64,000 nt of DNA, taken from Neophaeotheca triangularis (taxonomy: Eukaryota). The translations under genes and the position numbers were made by a program. The notes beneath the pieces were generated by a model. It saw only the letters and a list, made by a program, of their open reading frames with translations, did no database searches and was not told the DNA's origin. Numbering within the stretch: position 1 is the first letter of the stretch; every line of letters begins with the position of its first letter. The stretch is from contig BAAIJX010000005.1 in the NCBI GenBank assembly GCA_054600435.1, positions 496,001-560,000 on the forward strand. The letters run 5' to 3'. Of the stretch, positions 1 to 10,089 are shown one piece after another.

Positions 1-94
1 TTCTTTTCTGTCACATTGGCTTCCCTCCTCAAAGCAACGAATCGGCACCGCAGCAGTACGATACTCGATCGAGCGCGGTCCGTGATATACGTAC

Positions 95-365
95 ATGTCG
101 GGGTCCTTCTGTGTGTCCATGACTGCTGCAATGGGGATACCGAAGTTGCTGGCGGGACCCAGGAAATCTGTTTGGCACCGGCTGTCAGCCTCATCCTTAC
201 ATATACATTCTCTTCCACTCTCCATTGCTCCGATTATTGCTACCGCCTCCTCTTCCAATTGCTCTGCCGTATCTGCCGTTGAATAGACTCACGGGTCGAG
301 AACAGGTAGTCGGTCACAGGGTTCGCCCTTATGCGCGCATTGAGCGCTTTGATTGCGGCGGCCAT
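95..365 (-). CDS. MPC1: Mitochondrial pyruvate carrier 1 (5' part only; gene runs off the window start)
   Basis: Not in the ORF track; hand-spliced. Exon 1 is 365-293, then a GTGAGT..CAG intron, exon 2 is 167-95, then a GTACGT donor. Translation MAAAIKALNARIRANPVTDYLFSTHFLGPASNFGIPIAAVMDTQKDPD matches the fungal MPC1 N-terminus (STHFWGP.SNFGIP.AA). Confidence 0.88.
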
Positions 366-1012
366 TGTCCTAGAGGTGTACTGTTGAATGAGCCGGATTT
401 TAAGGATGGATAATTGGTCGCGCGACAGGTCCTGGCTGCTTCAGAGGTAAAAGAGGATGTTCAGCTTCTGTGAAGTTGAGCTTGCGGCAGCTGCGGAGGT
501 GTTTCCCCTCATGAGGCCGAAGTCGTCGTTCTTGGCAGCCATTGAGAAAACAGCAGAAAGTTACATGATCGTCGCACAAGAAACACAGAACAGACGGGAC
601 GTAGAGAATGCGCAAATTTGAGTCTAGTCACGCAGGGTAAACAATGTCTCATTGGTAGTAGTATGCGAGATGTGCACGGCGTAAACCCCCGTCACTACTC
701 AATCTTATCAGCCTATGGGACATTTCCTCCGGCAACCTTGGAACAACCTGAAGAAAGGATCGCCAAGGCCAGTGTGTCTACCTCCCACGATATGCCATCT
801 TCGCAAGTAGCCCTTCGCCATCCTGAACGCCGTCGCTAATGCTTTTCTCGAAATAGCCGTGTGGCGTTCATCACTCAAGATTAAGTCTTGTTCACTCGCT
901 CAGCATCAGCCTTATGCCTTGCGCTTGCAGATTGAGAGCGCACTACCTGGGAAAGAAGTCGTATTTGTAGCTTGCGCAGCTAGCAAGATATTCTGTCTTT
1001 GGAGGAAACAGC

Positions 1013-1934
1013 TCATCTGCCGCCGTAGCCTGGAGGACCAAAGCCACGACCGCCAGGAGGTTGGAAACCTGGGCCCGGGGAGAAACCTAGTATATCAGTT
1101 AGATTGCAAGGCCTTCTCTATCTATCTTGTGTTCAAACATACCTGGAGGAGGTCCGCCCTGGAACTGAGGTGGTGGGCCACCGGGGAAGCCAGCTGGGAA
1201 TTCGTGTGAGTAACGGACTGTAGTAGTGGTGGTGATCTCAAAAGACATACGTGGTCCTCCACGACCGAAGCCTGGCGGTCCGCCACCGGGTGGGAAGCCC
1301 GGGGGACCGCCCATAGGAGGGAAGCCTGGGGCACCAACACCGGCAGCAGGGCCCTGCAAGCCTGGGCCCGCGCCTCTGCCTGCAGGCCTGCTGATGCCAG
1401 TTCCGGCGGGCATGGCGTTGGATCCACCACCCTGACCTCCAGCTGTCGCAAGTCTGGCGGATGGGTCTGGTGGGGGCGGCCCCTCGACGGAGCAGCTGAC
1501 GACATGGGCACCACGAACGATAGCGAGGCCCAAGGCGCGCTTCTCTTCTGTGACGGTGGTAGATTGAGGCTGGCCTGGTGCGACCTTGGCCTTGCGTCGG
1601 ACGGTGCGGAATTCGTCGCAATCGGCGAGAACGAGGTTCATGTGCTGTACAGTGTAAGTGAAGATTCCATCGTACCCTTTCAAGTATATCCCACCTTGTC
1701 GAAGGCCAGCATCTGCCCGACCAAGCGCCTGCCATCATTCAAGGTCGCCTTCATGCGGTAATCGATCTGTAGGTCGTATAAGTGGGAGGCTAGCGGTCGC
1801 AATAGTTAATTCCAGACTTACGAAGCCTTGCTATAAGCGAAAGCTGTCAGTATTGCCGTCAACGCGTGGTACTTGAAGACATATAGGCTGAAGCGGTGAC
1901 TTACCATCTTTCCCTGCTTGTTGGATGCGGCCAT
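1013..1934 (-). CDS. SMB1: Small nuclear ribonucleoprotein SmB/B'
   Basis: Six exons (1934-1905, 1830-1822, 1766-1695, 1644-1251, 1193-1143, 1086-1013) joined by GT..AG introns. Sm motifs [35 protein letters not shown] and LGLAIVRGAHVVSCSVEGPPP, followed by a Gly/Pro-rich tail with RG; stop TGA. Confidence 0.93.
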
Positions 1935-2295
1935 TCTTGCGGTTGCGCGTGTGCCGTGACACAAGTGTAGGGTCGGTTAAGGGGGAAGTCAAATGTAGTG
2001 AAGAACTTCAGTGGTGTCGCTGGAGATTGCGCAGGGTAAGGTATGGACGGGCGGCGGTGAGGTTGGGGGATGGAGAGCTGTCGCATTCGCAAAAGTTCGA
2101 AGATGTGAAGCACTGAAGCTGCTCGGGAAGGAGCGCGTCTCTGGAGCTCGGGATCAGCCGTTCGAAGTAGGGCTTGGCACCGACGCCTGACACCCACTGC
2201 TCGAATTTGTCTCGAGCTTTGCGCTTCAAAAAACATCAGCCGCCCACCTGAACTTCGACAACGCCAACGCCAGGACGTGACACATCACCAGCACA
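1935..2295. promoter_or_regulatory. Compact bidirectional promoter region between SmB and RPL11
   Basis: The two start codons (1934 on minus, 2296 on plus) are head-to-head with 361 bp between them. Confidence 0.6.
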
Positions 2296-3141
2296 ATGGT
2301 GAGTCTCCCTTTACCAGCCATTACGAGGAGATGCGGAGAAATATCGACGGGCGATCTGGACTCGCAAAAGCAGCAAAATTGGACACAATGAGGGGGTGAA
2401 GACACTGAGGAGCCGACAACTAACACATCCTCTCAATCAGGCAAAGGGAGAGTCTTCGCAGCAACAGGCCGACGGCCAAAATGTCATTGGCAGCACCGGC
2501 GGCAAGGACAAGTCCGGCAACCCCATGCGCGAGCTCCGCATCCAGAAGCTGGTCCTTAACATCTCCGTCGGCGAGTCTGGTGACAGGCTCACAAGGGCCG
2601 CCAAAGTGCTCGAGCAGTTGAGCGGTCAAACCCCCGTCTACAGTGCGTCTTTTCGAGAAATTTGGAGTGGTGGAAGTGTGATGGGGGACTAACATATATC
2701 CAAAGGCAAGGCCCGCTACACTGTCCGCACCTTCGGTATCCGTCGTAACGAAAAGATCGCCGTCCACGTCACCGTCCGTGGCCCCAAGGCTGAGGAAATC
2801 CTTGAGCGTGGCCTCAAGGTCAAGGAGTACGAGCTCCGCAAGCGCAACTTCTCCGAGACCGGCAACTTCGGCTTCGGTATCTCTGAGCACATCGACTTGG
2901 GCATCAAGTACGACCCGGCGATTGGTATCTACGGCATGGACTTCTACTGCTGCATGTGCGTATTCAGCCGCTGGTGTGATAAGTATGGACTGGGATGCTG
3001 ACTTTTCCTTGCAGGACCCGTCCCGGAGAGCGTGTTGCCAAGCGCAGGCGCGCGAACTCGAAAATCGGCGCCTCCCACCGCATCGACGGCCAGGAGACCA
3101 TGAAGTGGTACAAGAACCGCTTCGAGGGTATCGTGAGGTAA
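2296..3141 (+). CDS. RPL11: 60S ribosomal protein uL5 (L11)
   Basis: ATG-only exon 2296-2298, then exons 2441-2642, 2706-2955 and 3015-3141. [59 protein letters not shown] and [19 protein letters not shown] are L11 signatures. Confidence 0.97.
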
Positions 3142-3535
3142 AGAGGCTGTGGGAAGACGACGAAGTCAAGAGCACTGCCTGGGATTTGTGATAGCAGTTT
3201 CGGCGTAAGAGCATGGAGCGGACAGATAGCACAAATAAAGGCCTATCGAAGCTTCTCTTCCCAAACGCTGAGCAAGATCGCATAATGGAGGCTTCACTAG
3301 GGTGATTTGCCGTTTAACCATTGATCACTGTCTCAGCGCCTCGTGACTGCTCTTGCGGCTTCACGATTCTCGGACTGCTGCTGGTAGTGTGCCGTTGGGT
3401 CCAAGTGAGTCCATTTGACAGCAAGCTGTATTCTTGCAAAAGCTTCGTGCAGCGAGACACATTATCGACAGACGCTAGGTAGGGGGTATCTCGGGTTATC
3501 ACATCAAGCACAAGGAAGCCAAAATCATCCAACCC

Positions 3536-4598
3536 TCAAACCAGCAAAAGCCCAGCAACACAAGCAGCCGCCAGCAGCCGCTTAAATACACCGCCTCCGG
3601 CAACCCTCTCAGCAGCACTCTCATCACCCCCATCATCCTCGTCCGCCTCATCCCCACCATCGACAAGCCCCATTTTCCCCTCCGACTCCGCTTTCCCGAT
3701 CTCCTCCTTAAACTCCCCCTTCACATTTCCCGGCGGGTAATACTCACAAACCAGAAGCCAGCCCTCGACGCCATTCTCGCCATCGCACTTCTGCGCACCG
3801 CACCCGACCGATGTCGTTTCATTCCACACCAACTGCGTAAAATGGCCCGTTTCCTCGTCGAATTCCGCATCGCTGTAACTGTAATCGGCTTCCTCGGCTG
3901 CCCAGGCTTCAATGGCTAAAATGGACGAGTTGTAGCCCGAGGCTAGATTCTCGCCGTAGTCGCCGCCCTGCGTTACAGACAAAAGAGCTCCCCGTCAGCT
4001 TGCTGGCACTTTCAAACGCTGTGAGTAGAGCTGATGGGACAGGTCTTACCGAATGCTCCCACTCGCAGTTTTCGGCATAGTCCTGCGCGAACTCTGCCAG
4101 CGAGCTGTTCCAGCCCACCGGCGCTGCATCGTGTTGCGTGCGGTAGTAGTTTGTGGCATTGAGGACCGCATCGCGCAACTCTGCGCCCGTGTAATTTCCC
4201 GACATTGCGCTTTTGATGTCGTCCGGCTCTTTGTAGTTGGAGGAAGGAGGTTGCGAAGCTGCTTTTTGCGCAGTGCCAGGATATCTGCCTATAAACCCTT
4301 GCGAACCGTCCAATCTCCCGTTCACAGTAGCGTCTCTGCCTATAAACCCTTGCGAATTGCCTAACCTCGTCGTCGTCGGCGGAGAGAAAGCTCCCGTCGT
4401 GAGAGCTTCAGCACCAATCGTCACTGTTGAAGTCAGCACCACGGATGTCGAGGTCAGCGTCGTCGTCGTAGTCGTCGGCTGCTGCTCTCCCATTTCTGCG
4501 GCCGCAACGCCGCTTTTATAGTACGACGAGAGTAGTAGTAGATAGTGCGCCGCGACCAGCGTGCACGGTTTGGCCGTGGGGGGAGTGGGATTGCGCAT
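3536..4598 (-). CDS. CAP/SCP/PR-1 (PRY-like) secreted protein, possibly GPI-anchored
   Basis: Two ORFs joined by intron 4049-3968 (GTAAGA..CAG). CAP motifs VLNATNYYRTQH, CEWEHSGGDYGENLA, GHFTQLVW and LVCEYYPPGNV. Hydrophobic N-terminus, Thr-rich linker, acidic spacer and hydrophobic C-terminus. Confidence 0.88.
4284..4356. repeat. 22-bp exact direct repeat (period 51 bp) encoding SQGFIGR twice in the PR-1 linker
   Basis: TCTGCCTATAAACCCTTGCGAA occurs at 4284-4305 and 4335-4356. Confidence 0.9.
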
Positions 4599-5368
4599 GA
4601 CGTCTTCCTCTTTCTCTGGCCAGCCAGCCAGCCAGCCGAACGAGGGTTGTTTGGGTGGCCTTGGAATGCTAGTGTAGGTGGGTGCTGGCTGGGTGGGAAG
4701 CGAGAGTGATCTGTGCTGGGGTTTTGGGAAGCGTGCGCTGGCGCGGGCGTGGTGCTATGCCGCTGCTGTCATGGCAGCTAGGATACCTTAGGTATAAGAG
4801 CGCGGGAGTAATTACTTGGTCGTTCAATGCGGACGGGAAGTTGGGGTGTTATTGTAGTAGAGATTTCTTCAGAAAGGAGCGGTTCGCTCGCAAGCTACAA
4901 CAATACGTACTTAAAATCGTGTCGCTCGTCTGGACTACACAATATCATTACCACTGCTATTGCGCTCATTTCACTCTCGATCATAGGAGGTAGTGGTCTC
5001 GGTTGTCTCGAATAACGCCACCCATCCTGCCATGTCTGGACGAGATTGCACGGTGCAAGTTGACGTCGTAGGCGCTTGTGAAGTCGCCCGGCTTGGAATG
5101 ATGAGATGAGGTGACAGGGGTGGGATCTTGTTTCACGAAAACCACGAGGCGTGCTGAACCTGATCGGTCCGCGTCTGGGGATCGACAAGAACGTGTACAC
5201 ATGTCGGCATCAAAGAGGCCTGGACTTTTCACATTGCGATGAGGAGGGAGGTTTATTGAAGAGCGGAAATTTGGTAGTGAAATGGTCCACGTCTTTGAGG
5301 GAGAAGGCATGGCATGGTTATATGTTATTACAGGGCCGCGGCAAAGCGGTAGCAAGTCCTACAACCTC

Positions 5369-7135
5369 TCAATCGAACCCTGCAAAATCACCTCTGGCCC
5401 CATCGCCACCTCCTTCGTCGTCCCCTTGCAGAGTGGAGGTGCTACCGTCGAGGGCCTTCTTAGGCACTCTAAACAGCACCGCGCAATTCTTCGCCTCCTC
5501 GATCTTCTTCCAGCTAGCCAGCCTGTGCTCCTTGCCCACAGCCGCGACGACAAAAACTCCGTCTTGACCTCTAGCTCCTCGATCAACTATGGAGAGATCG
5601 TTGATGACACCCTCGACCTTCTGACCGGGCGGCGGTAGCTTTGCGACGGCGAACCCAACTTCGACATCGCCTTCCTCCTCGAACTTCATGTGCCCTGAAG
5701 TAGAGCCCTGTGCCACGGCTCCCAAGGCCTCTATCCTCCGCTTGTCGCTCGTCAACTTCCAAGCTCGCACGCTTCCATCCCAGCTCCCCGTTACGAACAC
5801 GTCGCTGAAAGGCACGGCTCGCAAAGCCGTGATCCACCGTGGTTGCGGCTCACCCATTGCCGAGTCTGGGGGATTGACCTCTGCGCTCGCCTCTCCCAGT
5901 GGCAAAGGTGGGTCCAAACCGTGCGCGAGTGGGTAAGTAAAGACCGGCTTCTTCTTGTTAATGTTCCACAACGACAGCGAGCCATTGTCGGAAGCAGTGA
6001 CGAACGTCTCGTCATCAATGCCCGCTACACGGTCCATGCTGCCCTCGTGGTGCTGTTTCTGTAGATCCACACCTGCAGATTCCGGTCGGGCTTTTCCGCC
6101 TGCGCCGCCACCGCGGAAAACTAGTTGCGATTCCTCGACCACTTTCCAGAAGCGTGCTGTGCGGTCTCGTGCACCAACTGTGAGGCAGGTTTCTTGCGCC
6201 AGTGTGCTGACGTCGACGACTTCGTCTTGGTGGCCGAAGAGGGTTTCAACATAGGCTAGCTCGTTCAAACTCCAGATCTTGATTGTGCGGTCTTTGCTCG
6301 CGGAGAAGAGCTGGTTGGTCCCTCTTCTGAAAGCGAGACTAGTCACGCTGTCGCGATGATGGGAGAAGAATTTCAGCGGCTTGAGTGTTTCCGCATCCCA
6401 AACGATAAGCTTGTTGTCCGCTCCTCCCGTGGCAACGAATTTGCCATCCTGCGATGCTGCCACACACAATATAGCTCGCGTATGATGGTCCGCATGCGGG
6501 TCGTTGTTCTGCTTCCGCATCCCCCTTGTATGCCTCACTTTCCTGGGCTTCCTGCTCCTCGCAAACCCCTTTTCGTTCCTCTCGTCGTCCGACTCTGGTA
6601 TCTCCCACTTCACGAGCCGCATGTCCTTGCTCACAGTGTACACAAACCTCCCCTGCACCGCAACACCAGTGACACTCTTCGAATCTGTGCGAAACCCCGT
6701 TTGCTCCGCCCGTCCAAAGTCGAGATCGTCGGCAATGAAGCGGTAAAGCTTCCCCTTACTCTCAGCCGTGTCCTCTTTCAACCTATCACCCATGCGCCGA
6801 CGTAAATTTTCCTGATCAACATCAGCGGCATCGAAATCAAAATCGCCATGTTCGAGCACTTCCTTTTGCGTATTGGCGAGGTATTGCTCGGCCAGCCTAA
6901 CACGTTTGGCAGTGGCATCCTCGTTCTTGTACTCTTCGTCCTCAGACTCGGACGCATCTTCCTCCGGTGCTGGAAGGGCATTGTCATCGTCGGAAATGTC
7001 GCTGCCGGAGATGGATTCGTCGCGGTCAATTTTTTGCTGCGGTTTGCTGCGTTTGTTGTTGGATGAGGAGTCTCCGGGTGGTTGCGCCCGTTTCCGCTTC
7101 TTTTGCGAGGCGGGGAGGGTGAAAAAGGACGACAT
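5369..7135 (-). CDS. RRP9: U3 snoRNP WD40 protein Rrp9 (U3-55K)
   Basis: 588-aa intronless ORF. Basic/acidic N-terminus with KRVRLAEQYL; WD repeats HRDSVTSLAFRRGTNQLFSASKDRTIKIW and YVETLFGHQD, plus WKVVEESQLVFRGGG and GKEHRL motifs. Confidence 0.93.
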   Translation of the reverse strand: MSSFFTLPASQKKRKRAQPPGDSSSNNKRSKPQQKIDRDESISGSDISDDDNALPAPEEDASESEDEEYKNEDATAKRVRLAEQYLANTQKEVLEHGDFDFDAADVDQENLRRRMGDRLKEDTAESKGKLYRFIADDLDFGRAEQTGFRTDSKSVTGVAVQGRFVYTVSKDMRLVKWEIPESDDERNEKGFARSRKPRKVRHTRGMRKQNNDPHADHHTRAILCVAASQDGKFVATGGADNKLIVWDAETLKPLKFFSHHRDSVTSLAFRRGTNQLFSASKDRTIKIWSLNELAYVETLFGHQDEVVDVSTLAQETCLTVGARDRTARFWKVVEESQLVFRGGGAGGKARPESAGVDLQKQHHEGSMDRVAGIDDETFVTASDNGSLSLWNINKKKPVFTYPLAHGLDPPLPLGEASAEVNPPDSAMGEPQPRWITALRAVPFSDVFVTGSWDGSVRAWKLTSDKRRIEALGAVAQGSTSGHMKFEEEGDVEVGFAVAKLPPPGQKVEGVINDLSIVDRGARGQDGVFVVAAVGKEHRLASWKKIEEAKNCAVLFRVPKKALDGSTSTLQGDDEGGGDGARGDFAGFD

Positions 7136-7542
7136 GGTGTGGGTTGTTTGGTGGAGATATGTATGCGAGCAACTTTTCTCGAAAGTCTACTCTTACCGAA
7201 GAATTTCAGGCGAGGAAGCTTGGATGGACTTTGCGGAGATTGCCCGGGCTGCACGAGCACTGTAGTAGTGGGAACCCATGGATTCCGCCCGCTGTCCTGT
7301 CTGTTCTGCTGCACAAACTCTCACCCTGACATGTTCCAACAAACATGACACTCTTGCTGGTCCTTCTTCACCTTTGCGAGCAATTCTGGGCGTATGTGAT
7401 TGTCTAGGGTAAGGGTACGTGATAGGAATATTCGTATGTGAGCCGGAAATGGTTGTCTCAGGCAGTCATGGCTGGATATCCTGACTGGAAAGGGCTCCGT
7501 TGACAATCCAGATTCAGTCCAGTTCACTTGTTTCTGGCCAAC

Positions 7543-9297
7543 ATGGGCCGCCATCTGTATCTCACCCGGCTTGTACTTGGGCGGTCCCCTTACCAAGAAA
7601 TTGACGAGGGCTCGGGTCCTACAGCGACCGCTGAGGATCTATCACCGAACCATGCAGGCGGGAACGAGTATGGCCGCCAGCAATATGATCACAAAGGCCG
7701 CCCCATCAACCCCAAGAGCGAAAGCTACAATACCACGATGCGGCGAGCGATGAACGAAGTCCTAGCCCTTGTTGGGGTCGTCGAGCGTAAGACAAAAGCA
7801 GACACCAGAGCATCGCAGCGTGCCACCGTAGCAATCCAAGACCGGAAAAGTCTACTCGAGGCGGAAAACGAACGTGGCGAAAACATAGAGCTCCTTGTTG
7901 CTATTCTGCGGGCCCTTAATGTCTGCTGGCCGAACGCAGAGGCCATTCTCGCCAAACTCATGACCGGAATCTACAAAGCCAGCACGCCATTCTCAGCAAT
8001 CCTATCGATGGAATGGCAACGTTTCAAGGGGCACGGTATCAAGGGTGCCATTGTCGCCATGAACGCGGGCGCCATGGCGAACAACGTCAATTTCTACGCC
8101 GAGACGTTGCTCATTGCCGGATTCGAAGAATTCATGATCAAACAGATGCAGTACTACATCGTCAGGCAACGAATGAACAAGCGAACCGCGAGACGACTCT
8201 GGAGCCTCGTAGAATGCCTCGGCGAAGCCCTCGCCCTAGCCACTGACGTCTTCCTCCTGCCTCTAGATTACTTCAGCATAGCCCAACTCCTCGACCTCGC
8301 CCCGCCCACTCGTCTACTCCCACCCCTCTACCTATTCAACCCCTTCAACCCCGCCTCCTTTCACCGCACCGCCTGGCGCTCGCCCTTCCCCTCGCACCCC
8401 TATTCCGGCCTCCTGCTATCCCCGGCGCTGCTCCTCCTAGCCTCAAGCTTTATATCACGAACCCAAGAAACCTCCGCCCCGCGCCTAGGCCTCCTCACAT
8501 CCTTCCGCTACGACACTTACACTCCCGACATGACCGGCCCTAGCCAACCCGAACCCCGAACCCCCTTCCTCCAAGACCCTCTGTGCCCACTCTACACCAC
8601 CCTCCAAACCCTGCGCCACAAAGTCCAGACCTGGACAACTGCTACCCCCTCACCCCACCTTTCCCTCACCAACGCAACCACCAACCTCACCACCGCCCAC
8701 ACCCCAGACCAAAACCACAGTCCCATCCCTGCAAACGGTGGCACAACACCCCCACCCGCAACACGCAAGCGCCAACACCGTAGCTCCCGCCTCGCACTTC
8801 TAGCACCGGAGTATTTCCTCGAGAGCGTGGATGCATTCCTCGAGAGAATCGTATCTTTGCCTTTCGAAACCATATTACTACGATCAGTGGCCGGGTTGGC
8901 AGTTGCCTCAAACCTAGTCAGCGGAAGGAGTCAGGGCGGAGGTGGGGTTTATGAGATTTCCAGCGGCGGGGTGATGAGGATGCTGTTTGCTGGCGGTCGC
9001 GGTGGCGCAGAGTGTCCAAGGGGGTCGCCGGGCTACGGCTACGTGGGAAAAATGGGGCTTGCGGTTGTGTTGAAGGGTGTCTTGGAAGTGGGTTGGTGTG
9101 GGCTCTTATACAGCCTTGTTCGCTGGCAGGGTCTGCGGAATTTCGACTGGGCTGCGGAAGCTACACGCGAGCAAGGTCTGCCGCAAGCCGCCGCGCGTGG
9201 GCCTGGAGATGGGGTCGCTGACGAAGGCGCAGAGCAGCGCCAGCACCCTGCTCGAGCTGCCGACGCCCGCGTCATTGCTGAGATGCCCGCTGAGTGA
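7543..9297 (+). CDS. Conserved hypothetical fungal protein with several hydrophobic segments
   Basis: Long uninterrupted ORF (7528-9297); first ATG at 7543 gives MGRHLYLTRLVLGRSPY. Divergent from RRP9. No family recognised with confidence. Confidence 0.75.
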   Translation: MGRHLYLTRLVLGRSPYQEIDEGSGPTATAEDLSPNHAGGNEYGRQQYDHKGRPINPKSESYNTTMRRAMNEVLALVGVVERKTKADTRASQRATVAIQDRKSLLEAENERGENIELLVAILRALNVCWPNAEAILAKLMTGIYKASTPFSAILSMEWQRFKGHGIKGAIVAMNAGAMANNVNFYAETLLIAGFEEFMIKQMQYYIVRQRMNKRTARRLWSLVECLGEALALATDVFLLPLDYFSIAQLLDLAPPTRLLPPLYLFNPFNPASFHRTAWRSPFPSHPYSGLLLSPALLLLASSFISRTQETSAPRLGLLTSFRYDTYTPDMTGPSQPEPRTPFLQDPLCPLYTTLQTLRHKVQTWTTATPSPHLSLTNATTNLTTAHTPDQNHSPIPANGGTTPPPATRKRQHRSSRLALLAPEYFLESVDAFLERIVSLPFETILLRSVAGLAVASNLVSGRSQGGGGVYEISSGGVMRMLFAGGRGGAECPRGSPGYGYVGKMGLAVVLKGVLEVGWCGLLYSLVRWQGLRNFDWAAEATREQGLPQAAARGPGDGVADEGAEQRQHPARAADARVIAEMPAE

Positions 9298-10089
9298 GCT
9301 GTCTGCCGAGACGAGGGGACTCGAGTTTTGAGCTTTTCTCTTTTTTACTGATGCATGGGTCACAGCAGCGCTCCGGGTCCGATGCCCCTGCCGCAGGCTA
9401 GCCGGGTGGAGTAAATGTATTGGTGTCTTTTCCCCCCCGGCGTAGGAGTAAGGCGAGGCGATATGCGGAGTTCGCAGAGGTTCTTTGCTCCGAGTGTCGC
9501 TGAGGTTGGTAGGAGGAGTCGAAGCACGAGGCTGGAGGGGGATGGGGACGGTCAGTAATGCTTTCCCAGCCAGGGGGAAGTGCTATGACGGCCGGTGCTA
9601 TGGCGGCCATTGATGCTTGAAGATCCCAGCGCAGAGGAGTTCGGGGTCAGCACGGCTGCACGGCTGTACGAGGATGGAAGAGGGAACGGCGCTTAGGATA
9701 GAAAGAGGCCAACACGCTTACCCATGATTGAATCAGCTGGGCTGGTATATATAGAAGAAGCAAGGTCCGCCAAAGTTGAAGAAGAATCCAAAAGGAAACA
9801 TGAATCATCGCTACAGAACAGCGTAGACCATCAGACACAGCCAACCAGAATAGAACCGCCAAAACCCCCTCAAACCCATCTCCAGCTCTCCATTCTTCCA
9901 AAACCCATCCTCAGCCAATTCACACCAATATCTTCCTAACCCATTAAACAAGCCTTCCTCACTGCCAGCCACAGCCCCAAACGTCCCCCAAAGATCCATT
10001 GCAACGCGATCCCCCTAATCCCTCACGCCCCCTAACCCCACCGCGTCTCCCTCCAATTCCCCAACATCCAAAGCCCAAAAGCTCCGCCA

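Noticed and set aside
2420..3283. 287-aa minus-strand ORF
   Set aside because: Antisense shadow of RPL11.
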